From Myxococcota bacterium (GTDB lineage Bacteria > Myxococcota_A > SURF-8), in assembly GCA_963674735.2 (NCBI GenBank), contig CAXXQS010000002.1, forward strand, positions 480,001 through 544,000: a stretch of DNA of 64,000 bases. Reading direction: 5' to 3'. The position numbers and the translations under genes are program-made. Shown piece after piece: positions 28,253-37,900 of this stretch; within the stretch, counting starts at the first letter, position 1; each line of letters starts with the position of its first letter. The notes beneath the pieces are model-generated. The model was not told the origin of the DNA. It searched no databases and saw only the letters and a list, made by a program, of their open reading frames with translations.

Positions 28253-28264
28253 AACAGCACCGGG

Positions 28265-29368
28265 TCAGTTCATCCAGGTTTTCGGGTCGCCCTTGTCGCG
28301 CGGACCACCGCCCGGAAACAGATCCCGTGGGGCCGGAGGAGGGGGCGGCGGATCGTCCAGCGACTTGATCACCGCATCCATCCGTTGCTCCTGCGCCTCC
28401 CAAACCGCCATGCGACGCCGCTTCTCGCGCCGCCGTTTGAGATAGCCCAGAATAAACAGCACCGAGGCCACGCTCCACACGGTGGCGCCGGAGGTAATCA
28501 GCGGAATCCAGTTGTAGGCCAGCTTCATGCCCGCCAGCCAACGCGTTTCCAACTCGGGTAAGGTCAAGGCGTAAACGCGCTGCAGCGCTTCGGCGAAGGG
28601 TTCGCCCGCGCCCAGCCGCTTGATCAAGGCGTGAAAGGGATCGAGCCCGTATTCCCCGATCAGGAAATTGATGACTTCGAAGCTTTCGTCGTAGGCGATG
28701 GGAACATGGGCCGGATCGGCAGGCCAGCGCCGGGTGAGCTCGGCCAAGGGAATCCAGCGTCCCGACAGCATGGCTTTCGACAAGCGCAGCACGCGCTCCA
28801 GATCGAATTCGCGCGCCTGCCACTGGGCCAGCCCTTCCACGAACCAGCGCGGCATCTCGGCCCCCGCATCGGTGGCCTGGCGCAAGATAATGTGCGACAT
28901 TTCATGCACGAAGGTCTGTTCCAAGGCGATCGGTTGACCGCGCGAGCCCGCCTGACGCAAAATAATGGTATTCAAATCGCCGTAGGCCACGCCCGCCACC
29001 CAACTCGGCAAACGCCGTCCGCCCGGCTGCAGGGCCTGAAAGTCGTCCGCCGCCGCCAGATAGACGCGCGTCGTTTCGCGCGGGTCCACCCCGATGGTCG
29101 CCACCAGCTCCGCCCGCACGCGCGCCGCCATATTCACCAGATCCATGGCGCGTGCACGGCCGCGTTCGGGAAAGACGAACAGAAACGAACCGGATGAAAG
29201 CTCACTATAACCGGCAGGAACGCGAATCGTCCGATCACGGCCCGTCACGGTGGGCGGCCGGTATTCGCGCGGGGCGGCTTCCAGATTCGCGCAAGTCGAC
29301 CAACCGACGATCAGAAACAGCACGATCCATAGCGGGATAATCAAAGAGGGACGGATACCGGAAATCAA
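28265..29368 (-). CDS. Peptidase MA-like zinc metalloprotease, membrane-anchored
   Basis: HEMSH (HExxH), PRWFVEGLAQW, AYDES; N- and C-terminal TM segments; probable TTG start overlapping the yggU stop. Confidence 0.85.
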   Translation of the reverse strand: MISGIRPSLIIPLWIVLFLIVGWSTCANLEAAPREYRPPTVTGRDRTIRVPAGYSELSSGSFLFVFPERGRARAMDLVNMAARVRAELVATIGVDPRETTRVYLAAADDFQALQPGGRRLPSWVAGVAYGDLNTIILRQAGSRGQPIALEQTFVHEMSHIILRQATDAGAEMPRWFVEGLAQWQAREFDLERVLRLSKAMLSGRWIPLAELTRRWPADPAHVPIAYDESFEVINFLIGEYGLDPFHALIKRLGAGEPFAEALQRVYALTLPELETRWLAGMKLAYNWIPLITSGATVWSVASVLFILGYLKRRREKRRRMAVWEAQEQRMDAVIKSLDDPPPPPPAPRDLFPGGGPRDKGDPKTWMN

Positions 29369-29667
29369 ACGCCCAGATGTTCGCGCAACGCGGCGACCTC
29401 GATTCCGGTGACCTGCACGGTTTTGCTGCGACCGGTCGCACCGCTCGAAATCGTAATCTGGTTTTTGGGAAGACGGAGTCGTTTGGCCAGAAACGCAATG
29501 AGAGCCTGATTCGCCGCCCCATCCACCGGGGGAGCTTTGAGCCGCAGCTTCAGGCGGCCGTCGTGTTCGCCGACGATCTCCGTTCGGGAGGCACGCGGCT
29601 GGACCCGGATCAAGAGGCGTACGCCATCGGCGGTGGGAATCAACCAAGCGGGCATGGCGGGGTTCAA
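29365..29667 (-). CDS. yggU: DUF167 / YggU family protein
   Basis: VQPRASR, APPVDGAAN and SGATGRSK motifs. Confidence 0.92.
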   Translation of the reverse strand: MNPAMPAWLIPTADGVRLLIRVQPRASRTEIVGEHDGRLKLRLKAPPVDGAANQALIAFLAKRLRLPKNQITISSGATGRSKTVQVTGIEVAALREHLGV

Positions 29668-30383
29668 ACCTCATCCACGGCCGTTTCCGGCGACGCATCC
29701 TCGTCCCCGTCACGCCGCTCGATGTCGGCCTCCTCATCGGACGCCTCCTTTCGAGGCACAGCGTCGTCGGATTCATCGGGTTTATCGGGCTCATCGGATT
29801 TATCGGGCTCATCGAACGCGGCGGGCGTCTGCGGGTCGTCTGCAGCGGGATCCTTTCGGGGCGACTCGACCCAGGGCTGCCGTTTCGCCTCCTGGCGCTC
29901 CAGTTCCCGCCGGTCCGCCTCACGCCGGTCCGCCTCGTACTCCTGCAGGGCGTCCAGCATCTTCAGATGCACCTCGATGGCATGGCGCAAGGTGGTTTCG
30001 AACTGGACCTTCTGCCGCTTGAGGTCGTGGATCTCCGAAACCAGCATTTCGCGCCGCCGCACCGCATCCTGGATCAGGCGTTCACCTTCCATCTCGGCGT
30101 TGGAAATCACCATGCGCGCCTCGCGCTCGGCGATCCCTTTGACGTCGTCGGCCATCCGTTGGGCCGTCAACAGCGTTTCTTTCAGGGTCTGCTCGCGCTC
30201 GCGGTACTCCACGATCTGATCTTCCAGCCCCTTGAGACGGTCTTTCTGCTCGTTGGTTTCGCGCGTCAGTTCCTCGAGTTCCTCCGAGACAAATTGCAGG
30301 AATTCCTCGACTTCTTCCACATCGAAACCGCGAAAACCGGTGCGAAATTTCTTCTGCTTGATTTCAAGCGGCGTAAGCTTCAT
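29664..30383 (-). CDS. divIVA: DivIVA domain protein
   Basis: MKLTPLEIKQKKFRTGFRGFDVEEVEEFL followed by coiled coil and an acidic tail. Confidence 0.92.
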   Translation of the reverse strand: MKLTPLEIKQKKFRTGFRGFDVEEVEEFLQFVSEELEELTRETNEQKDRLKGLEDQIVEYREREQTLKETLLTAQRMADDVKGIAEREARMVISNAEMEGERLIQDAVRRREMLVSEIHDLKRQKVQFETTLRHAIEVHLKMLDALQEYEADRREADRRELERQEAKRQPWVESPRKDPAADDPQTPAAFDEPDKSDEPDKPDESDDAVPRKEASDEEADIERRDGDEDASPETAVDEV

Positions 30384-30393
30384 CGAAGCCTCC

Positions 30394-30705
30394 CTAGTGC
30401 ATCTTCAGGTAAAGCGACAGGTCGTACAGATTTTGCACCACCGCCTGCTGCAAAAGAAAAACAACGGCCAGAATCACGAGCGGCGTGAGATCCAGCCCCC
30501 CCATGTTGGACAACATCGGCAGCCAGCGGCGCACACGGCGAAAGGCCGGTTCGGTCGCACGGACCAGAAAACGCACGATGGGATTGTAGGGATCGGCGTT
30601 GACCCACGAGATAATGACGCGCCCGATGATAATGAACATGTAAATCTGCAGAAACATTTCCATAATCAGGGCCACACCCTTGATTATATTGGCCACGACA
30701 AACAT
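30394..30705 (-). CDS. yggT: YggT family membrane protein
   Basis: ISWVNADPYNPIVRFLVRATEP; GGLDLTP. Confidence 0.93.
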   Translation of the reverse strand: MFVVANIIKGVALIMEMFLQIYMFIIIGRVIISWVNADPYNPIVRFLVRATEPAFRRVRRWLPMLSNMGGLDLTPLVILAVVFLLQQAVVQNLYDLSLYLKMH

Positions 30706-30719
30706 GTCTCGTCCTTTCG

Positions 30720-31421
30720 CTAGGTATTGCGGGGACCGAACAGGTCGGTACCCACCCGCACGATAGTCGCCCCTTCTTCGATGGCGACTTCCATATCCTT
30801 CGACATGCCCATGGACAGCTCTGCAAGCGCCATCCCCGTTTCGTCACGCAGCCGGCGCGCCAGTTCCGCCAGGCGGCGATGATAGGGCCTTAGCGCCTCG
30901 GGATCGCTGAGAAAGGGCGGAATCGACATCAATCCACGCAATTCGATATGCGGAGCGTCGAGCGCCCGCCGAACCAATTCCCGGACGTCCCGTTCGGCCA
31001 CCCCGCCCTTGCTGCTTTCCTCTCCGACGTTCACTTCCAGCAGGCAGCCGACCCGGCAATCCGCCGCCGCCGCCCGTTTCTCGATTTCGTCGAGCAGTTT
31101 GGCACGGTCCACCGAATGAATCAAGTGCGTCCGCCCCACAATCTGCCGAATTTTGTTCGATTGCAAACGACCGATGAAATGCCAGCGGATCGGCTGGAGC
31201 AGCTGCGCCTGCTTGGCCAGCAGTTCCTGCACGTAATTTTCACCGATATCCAGCAAACCGGCCTCGGCCGCCCGGGCCACGAGTTCCCCCGGCTTGGTTT
31301 TGGCGACGCCCAGAAGCTGCACGTCTTGCGGCGCCCGCCCGGCTCGTTCGCAGGCCCGCTGCATTCGCGCCCGGATGCGGGCCAGATTCCCGGAAACATC
31401 CACCGCCGCTGGAACCGTCAT
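30720..31421 (-). CDS. yggS: PLP homeostasis protein YggS
   Basis: GENYVQE, WHFIGRLQSNK, LSMGMS and VRVGTDLFG motifs. Confidence 0.95.
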   Translation of the reverse strand: MTVPAAVDVSGNLARIRARMQRACERAGRAPQDVQLLGVAKTKPGELVARAAEAGLLDIGENYVQELLAKQAQLLQPIRWHFIGRLQSNKIRQIVGRTHLIHSVDRAKLLDEIEKRAAAADCRVGCLLEVNVGEESSKGGVAERDVRELVRRALDAPHIELRGLMSIPPFLSDPEALRPYHRRLAELARRLRDETGMALAELSMGMSKDMEVAIEEGATIVRVGTDLFGPRNT

Positions 31422-32008
31422 GAGCGTGCCTCCTGCGAGGAGGCCAGAAGCGCCAGCGTCTCGGTCATGGGAAGGCCGATCACATTGGTGTAGGAACCCT
31501 GAATCCGATGCACCATGCCGCCGGCCTGGCCCTGGATCGCATAGGCTCCGGCCTTGTCGTAAGGTTCGGGCGTATCGAGGTAGCGCTCCAGTTCTTCGGC
31601 TCCGATCCGGCGAAACGAGACCGAGGTCCGCACCCGTTCGAGGTGCTCGCGACCGTCTGCCGTCAACACACACACACCGGTCAACACCTCGTGCGTCTCA
31701 CCCGACAGGCGCATCAGCATGGCGCGGGCATGGGCCCGATCCGTGGGTTTACCCAGCACATCGCCATCGAGGACCACCACTGTATCGGCCGTGAGGATGG
31801 TTCGGAGTTCCCCGTTCAAGTCCCGTCGCGCGGCCGCGGCCTTTTCACGCGCCATGCGCAGCACGAAATCTTCCGGAATTTCGCCGTTGTTCCGGGTTTC
31901 ATCGATGTCCACCGGACGACAATCGAACAAAATTTGAGCAGCCGCGAGCAACCGCTTTCGTCTGGGAGAGGCCGAAGCCAGGATAATGGGGGGGATACAT
32001 TCACTCAC
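31418..32008 (-). CDS. maf: Maf nucleotide pyrophosphatase
   Basis: ILASASPRR, ADTVV, LGKP, DKAGAYAIQG and NVIGLP motifs. Confidence 0.95.
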   Translation of the reverse strand: MSECIPPIILASASPRRKRLLAAAQILFDCRPVDIDETRNNGEIPEDFVLRMAREKAAAARRDLNGELRTILTADTVVVLDGDVLGKPTDRAHARAMLMRLSGETHEVLTGVCVLTADGREHLERVRTSVSFRRIGAEELERYLDTPEPYDKAGAYAIQGQAGGMVHRIQGSYTNVIGLPMTETLALLASSQEARS

Positions 32009-32261
32009 AGGGACTTCCTCTTACGTCTAAACCACAAATTACAGAACCTATTTATTATAATTTTTTTTCTGCTTACGTCAAGAAAACGCTTTGTTTTCAA
32101 GGGGTTTTAAATTTCACAGATCCTACACAAGAAGTTTTTTGGCCTATTGACCGGAGTGTGTGACATATTACGACACACATCCAAGTGCATGATCAAACTC
32201 CACTCGGATTCTGTTTTCTGATGTGTATTGATGAGAAGTACTGCGTCGATCGGAGGAAAGT

Positions 32262-33272
32262 ATGGCAGGCGGCCGTCCCAAGGGTAAGTATTCCCAAGCC
32301 TATCGCCTCGTCCGAATGCTCGAAATGCTGCTGGCCCGTCATCATCTTACGGTCAAGATGGTGATCGATGAGTTCAATATCTCGCGGCGGACCGCCCACC
32401 GCGACCTAGCCACCTTGCAGGAAACCTACTCCATTTGCGAGGCCGGAAGCTTGCCCGACGGACAAAAAATCTGGCGTCTGGTTGGAACACGCCAAAATGA
32501 GATCCTGAAACTCTCGGTGATGGAGATGGCGGCGTTGTTCATGGGGAAAAATCTGTTCAATTTTACCCGTGGCACCGCCTTGAAAAACAGTATCGATTCG
32601 CTGTTTACCAAGGTCTCACATCGGCTGGCCTCCAACCGCAGCAGTTACCGAACGCGGCTTGAAACAAAGTTCTACTGCACCCCCGGATCTCCGAAAGATT
32701 ACACGGGGTTGGATGATCAACTCAATGAACTGGTAACCGGTCTGCTGGAAGAACAGGCGGTGGAAATCGAGTACCAGCGGCCGGGCTCCGACCCCTACCG
32801 CGATACCATTCACCCCTGGTCCCTGGTGGTGCACAACCACGCCCTTTACCTGATCGCCTATTCCGAACGCGCCGAGGCAGTCCGGACTTTCGCCGTCGAA
32901 CGGGTCCGTAGCGCCAAATGGAAAAAGGGAGTTTCATTCGATTATCCGGAGGGTTACACACCCGGAGACTATCTGTCACATGCCTTCGGGATCACCGTCG
33001 GACAACCCGTGACGGTTTTGTTGCAGCTTCGCCCCGAGGTGGTCGATTATTTCCGCCATCGACAGTGGCATCCCAGCCAGAAAATCGAAACATTCGACAA
33101 CCAGGCGACACGAGTTCATCTGGAAGTCCCGATCACGGCCGAGCTGGTCTCATGGCTGTTGTCGTTCGGCGACAAGATCGAGGTGATGGAGCCGACCTCG
33201 TTGCGCCGCCAATTGCGCAAGGAATCGCTGGGAATCATGACTCTCTACGAACCGGATGCCCCTCTGAACTGA
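32262..33272 (+). CDS. WYL-domain transcriptional regulator (wHTH-WYL-WCX)
   Basis: ISRRTAHRDLATL HTH; LYLIAY...VRTFAVERV WYL; WHPSQ and WLLSFGDKIEVMEP WCX. Confidence 0.92.
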   Translation: MAGGRPKGKYSQAYRLVRMLEMLLARHHLTVKMVIDEFNISRRTAHRDLATLQETYSICEAGSLPDGQKIWRLVGTRQNEILKLSVMEMAALFMGKNLFNFTRGTALKNSIDSLFTKVSHRLASNRSSYRTRLETKFYCTPGSPKDYTGLDDQLNELVTGLLEEQAVEIEYQRPGSDPYRDTIHPWSLVVHNHALYLIAYSERAEAVRTFAVERVRSAKWKKGVSFDYPEGYTPGDYLSHAFGITVGQPVTVLLQLRPEVVDYFRHRQWHPSQKIETFDNQATRVHLEVPITAELVSWLLSFGDKIEVMEPTSLRRQLRKESLGIMTLYEPDAPLN

Positions 33273-33309
33273 ACCCCCACCGGACGACCCTCCTGCCGTC
33301 CGGATATTA

Positions 33310-33337
33310 AAACGGACCGCTCTTTAGCGGTCCGTTT
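33310..33337. terminator. Probable bidirectional terminator between convergent genes
   Basis: AAACGGACCGC-TCTTTA-GCGGTCCGTTT, perfect 11 bp stem. Confidence 0.75.
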
Positions 33338-33360
33338 GCTTGTGTGGGATATCGTCGATC

Positions 33361-34875
33361 TTATTGAATGGTGAAGGGATAGGAAACCGTGACCGATCCA
33401 CCCGATTTGGGGAAGCGGATCCGTTCGATGGTCGCGCCGACACAGTCGGCCACGTAGGTGCCCTTGAATTTTTCGGAGAGAACGTTCGCTCCCACCACCG
33501 ATCCACGGCGACTGACCGTGAAACGCATATTCATCGTACCCGAAATGGCCCCATATTTCTTCTGAGCGGAAACGCAGGCGGCAATACGGCCCATGTTCTG
33601 GCGGATGACTTTGTTGACTTCTCCCTGGGACAAGGGCTCTTTGCGGTTGATGCCGGTCGTACTCAACTCACCGATGGTCTCCATCTCGGTGCCGTCGCCG
33701 TCCATGGAAAAATCGAGTTCCGTCACGCCGCCATTACTTCCACCGCCGCCGCCGCCATTGCTGCCGCCTCTGCGACGGGCAGCAAGAGCCTGACGCCGCT
33801 CCAAGGCGCGCCGTTGGCGTTCCAGACGCTCTCGCCGGGCTTTCTCGGCCTCTTCGGCCAGACGCTGGCGCTCTTCTTCTTCCTTGGTGGCCTTCAACGC
33901 GATCTTGGCTTCATCGATCTTGACCAGCATTTCCCACTGCTCACGCAGCTTGGCGTAGTGATCGACCTCTTCCTTCTTGAAGTAGATCCCGATAACCGGA
34001 ACTTTGTCCAGGTAGGGGACTTCGATCACTTGTTTCTGATGCAGAACCAACGGCGTCGCGATAACCACGATCAGCAAAGATAAAAGAATCGCAATCGGAA
34101 TGATCGGAATCTTCTTTTTCGTCGGGGGAACGTATTCCTCGATCTTCACCGAACGCCGCTTCGCATCGACGGGTTGCCCGGCCGTCGGCACGACGCGAGA
34201 AGCGCCGGAATCGTTTTTCGCCATTAACTCGGAAAGATCGATTTTCTGCGAGGCCGCAGGCTGGGCCGCCTGAAGCTTGTCGCCGGTTTCCGATTTCAGC
34301 AGCTCCGTAAAAGTCGGTCGCGGCGGTTTGGCAGGGGAAGGGGTCGGGGCTTCCGTCGTCTCGGCTTGAGCGGGTTGCTCCGGCTGCGGAGCAGACACGG
34401 AACGCGCCCGCTCCATGATAGCGACGACCTGAGCGAATTCGGCGACCTCTTGAATGCGCTTCCAATTATCGAAACCGGCACGCCAGACGTAAACCTCACC
34501 CTTGACGACCACCTTGGCCAGGTGCTCGCCGATCTGGGCGACGGTCATGGGGCCGCGCTTGTTTTTACTGTAAGCCAGATACCAGGCCGCTTGCCCCGCC
34601 GGGGACGGCTCTTCGCTCAAGGGCTTGCCCTCCATGGTCAAACGCGGTTTGGCGGCCGTTTCGGGTTGGGAAGCGGGAGCCGCAGGCCGCACCACACCGG
34701 CGCTTTTGGGATCCATCACCGTTTTGGCCAGATCGCTCGGGTCGGCCTCGCTGACTTCGGGACGAACCTGCACAACGGCACCGCAACGTTTACAGGTAAA
34801 CCGTAGCGCCCGGCCTTGCACCTTTTCATCGGGCAGATTATAACCTGCTCCGCACTTATCGCATTGAATTCGCAT
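33361..34875 (-). CDS. AgmX/GltJ-like protein (zinc ribbon, GYF_2, TM, coiled coil, TonB-C-like domain)
   Basis: CDKC...CKRC; WYLAY...GPMT...YVWRAGFDNWK; C-terminal FTVSRRGSV...FPKSGGSVTVSYPF. Confidence 0.85.
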   Translation of the reverse strand: MRIQCDKCGAGYNLPDEKVQGRALRFTCKRCGAVVQVRPEVSEADPSDLAKTVMDPKSAGVVRPAAPASQPETAAKPRLTMEGKPLSEEPSPAGQAAWYLAYSKNKRGPMTVAQIGEHLAKVVVKGEVYVWRAGFDNWKRIQEVAEFAQVVAIMERARSVSAPQPEQPAQAETTEAPTPSPAKPPRPTFTELLKSETGDKLQAAQPAASQKIDLSELMAKNDSGASRVVPTAGQPVDAKRRSVKIEEYVPPTKKKIPIIPIAILLSLLIVVIATPLVLHQKQVIEVPYLDKVPVIGIYFKKEEVDHYAKLREQWEMLVKIDEAKIALKATKEEEERQRLAEEAEKARRERLERQRRALERRQALAARRRGGSNGGGGGGSNGGVTELDFSMDGDGTEMETIGELSTTGINRKEPLSQGEVNKVIRQNMGRIAACVSAQKKYGAISGTMNMRFTVSRRGSVVGANVLSEKFKGTYVADCVGATIERIRFPKSGGSVTVSYPFTIQ

Positions 34876-34968
34876 GTCTTTTCACTTCTTTATAGCGAAA
34901 CGTCCCCCACTTGCCTGCGCATTTCATACCATGAAAAATACGGCCCGGTCAAGTGAGGGACAACGGAT

Positions 34969-37900
34969 TTAAAGGATCGAGAAGCCCAGATAATTCCGCA
35001 GGTGGAAATACGCTTCCGAAATCGAGAACGCGATCAAATCCGCCACGAGGTCGTCCGTCGAAACCTTGCCGACCGGGCTTTTATGCTTTTTAAGCGTCTC
35101 GATGGCCGTGGACAGATCGTTGCACATCAGCATACCGGCACGATTGGCCGACAACACCAGGGCTCTGCGCCAACGGTCGATATCCAGATCGTCGGCGATC
35201 TGAGCGTACTCCGAAACGAAGCCCGAAAGCGTGGGCCGCAATTTCTTCGGCAGGGCGCGGTCGATCTGCTTGGACAGATTCTTGGCGGTCTTCGCATCCG
35301 TCTTCCCCTTGAATCCGGCATCGAACAGCAGGGTGCTGGCGTCCAGCAGGGAGCGGATCTGCTCCGCCGGGAGGGTCAGGGTGGTCAGGAAGTCCGGTCG
35401 TGCCAGAACCGCGTTTTTAGCCACCAGGAAGACCAGTTCGCGTTGCGGGTAATTCTCGAAGGCATCGGCCCCGATCAACAAGCCCGCCGGGCGAATGGGC
35501 AGAGGTTCGACGCCGGGACCGTAGCCCTTGCGAGTATAAATGTCCGGCTGCGGCAGGCCGAGAGCCTTGAGAATGTACGTGGTGGTCGTGCAGAAGTTGA
35601 GATGCTCGCCCAGATCGAGGCGGTCCTTCTTCTTCAGATTTTCCTTGCGCAGATCGGACGGCATGAGCCCCGACATGTGGTGGAACAGGATGTTGAGAAT
35701 CTGGCCCACATTGTGGCGCGCATCCTCGTGCAGCAGCAGGGAACCCCACAACTGACGATCCAGCGTGTTGATGGCCTCGCGTTTGACCTCGTGCAGGTTC
35801 TCTTTATAGAACGCCGCCGCCGGAACCTCGGTTTCACCGAGCGCGGCCACCGCCGAACCGAAGCAGAAGGCCTCGTCGAAGTGTTCCGACTCGAAGCTGA
35901 TCTTCCACAATGCCCGGTAGGAATTGATGCGTTCCGGTTTTTTGGCGATCAGGCTGCGGTGCATCGCGATAGCCTGCTCGCGGTATTCCGGTGAACGGGC
36001 GTACAGATCGGCGATATGTTCCTGCACCTCTTCGTTATCGGGTTCGAGCTGCGCCACCACTTCCCAGGCCTTGATGGCGTCGTCCAGGTTCCCGGCCTTG
36101 TCGGCCAAAAGCGTCCCGAGCTTCTTCCACAAGTCCAGCCGCCGTTCGGCCTGTTCGTTGGGAAGGCGCGCGATCATGAGGCGGTAGTTGTTATCGAGTT
36201 CCTCCCAGTTCTCCTGTTTGAGGAGCAGATCCTCGATCATCTCGAACACATCCAGGCGTTCCGGTTTGAGGTCCAACGCATGGTTGTAATAAGTCAGACA
36301 GGCTTCCGGATTTTCGTCGTGTTCCCTCAGCAGGTTACCTAACTCCAAATCGAGGAAGATCAGACGGTCGGGATCGGTTTCGATGGACACCGCCGACTTC
36401 AACACGCCGATGGCATCTTCGATATTCCCCGCGCTGACCAACAGTTTCGACACCTTGGCCAGCAGCTCCACATCGTTAGCCTTGATTTCAAGGGCGTAAC
36501 GATACGCTTCCAGACCTTTATCGGGCGCATCGAGACGATCGGAATAGACGTCGCCGATGGCGCGCCACTGTTCGAACAACTCATCGCCTTGCAGCCGCTT
36601 GATCAGCTTGCTGCGGAATTGCAGGACTTTCTTCCAGTTCTCCAGCGACTCGTAGAAGAACACGATCGCCTTGAGTGCGCGCACGGATTCGGGATCGAGT
36701 TCGAGGGCCTTTTCGTACATGCGTACGGCCACGTCGTTCTTTTCGATCTGGCCGTTCACTTCACCCAGGCGGCAGAACAGCTCGACCAGCTCGGGCACGC
36801 TCTTGCGCTCGCGGAAACGAACCAGGATCGTCTGGTAAACGCGGAAGGCGCGCTCCCAGTCCTCGCGCTTGTACAACGCCCGGGCCAGACCTTCGAGCGT
36901 AGCCAGGTTGTTGGAATCGAGTTTGTAGGAGGCCGTGTAATGCTTGAGCGCCTCCGAATCGTCGTTCTGTTGCTCGGAGATGTAGGCCAGCTTGTAATGA
37001 ACCTGAGCCTTGTCGGCTTCGGTCAGTTCGTCGGGCAGATCAAGCAGTCTGGCCAGGACGTTCTGCCCGGCTTCCCACTCCTGCCGTTCGAAGTAAATGT
37101 GTCCGAGTACGCGCAAGACCGGCGCGAAGGTGTCGGCCAGTTCCAAGGCCTCGCGATAGAGCGTCAGAGCGCCGTCCACGTCGCGCTCCATATCGTGATA
37201 GTAGCGGCCTTCCTCATACAGCAGTTCGGCCTTCTCACGCGGATCTTCGACGTACCGTTTCTCTTCTTCCACCATGCGCAAAAACTCGGGCCAGTTTTCG
37301 GTGGCGGCATAGTACTGGCGCAAGGCTCGCAGAGCCGGGACGAAAGTCGGATCTTCGGCCACCATGCGATCGAAAACCGCCTTGGCTTTCTCGCGGTCGC
37401 CGAGGTTGTCGAGGTAGAGCTGTCCCAAACGCGCCAACGCATCGACGCGCTCGGCCTTGTCGTCGGCCAACCCGGCCAAGTCGTCCAGGGTCTCAATGGC
37501 CTCGTCCCACTTCTCGTTGGCGATGTACAGCTCCGACAGGGCCCGCATGACACCCAAGTTGGTCTCGTCGATCTTGAGCGCTTTCTGGAAGTACTCGATC
37601 GCCTTGGCGGGCTGGAACAGGTATTCGCCGTAGATCTTACCCATTTCGGTGTAGAGACGAACGATCTCGTCGGCGTCGATCACCTGATCGATATGGCGCT
37701 GATAGGTCGACGCCAGCGCGGGCCAATCGGCGGCTTCGCGGTAGATCCGTTCGAGAGTGGCGATGGCTTCCATGTTGTTGGGCTGGATGGCCAGCATCTT
37801 TTCAAGATAATTGACGGCCATGTCGAGCTGCTCGAACTTGGTCTCCCAGATGTCGGCCATTTTGCGGTAGATGCTCAGCTTGTCGGCATCCGCCTCGGCC

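Noticed and set aside
28162-28368. Small ORFs starting MGKPKAWPMAPRKP (also 52533-52721)
   Set aside because: They come from the repeated MITE sequence and diverge at its boundary; no evidence of a real gene.
29773-29816. Short tandem repeat (TCATCGGRTTTATCGGGC)
   Set aside because: Encodes the low-complexity DEPDKS/DEPDKP tail of DivIVA.
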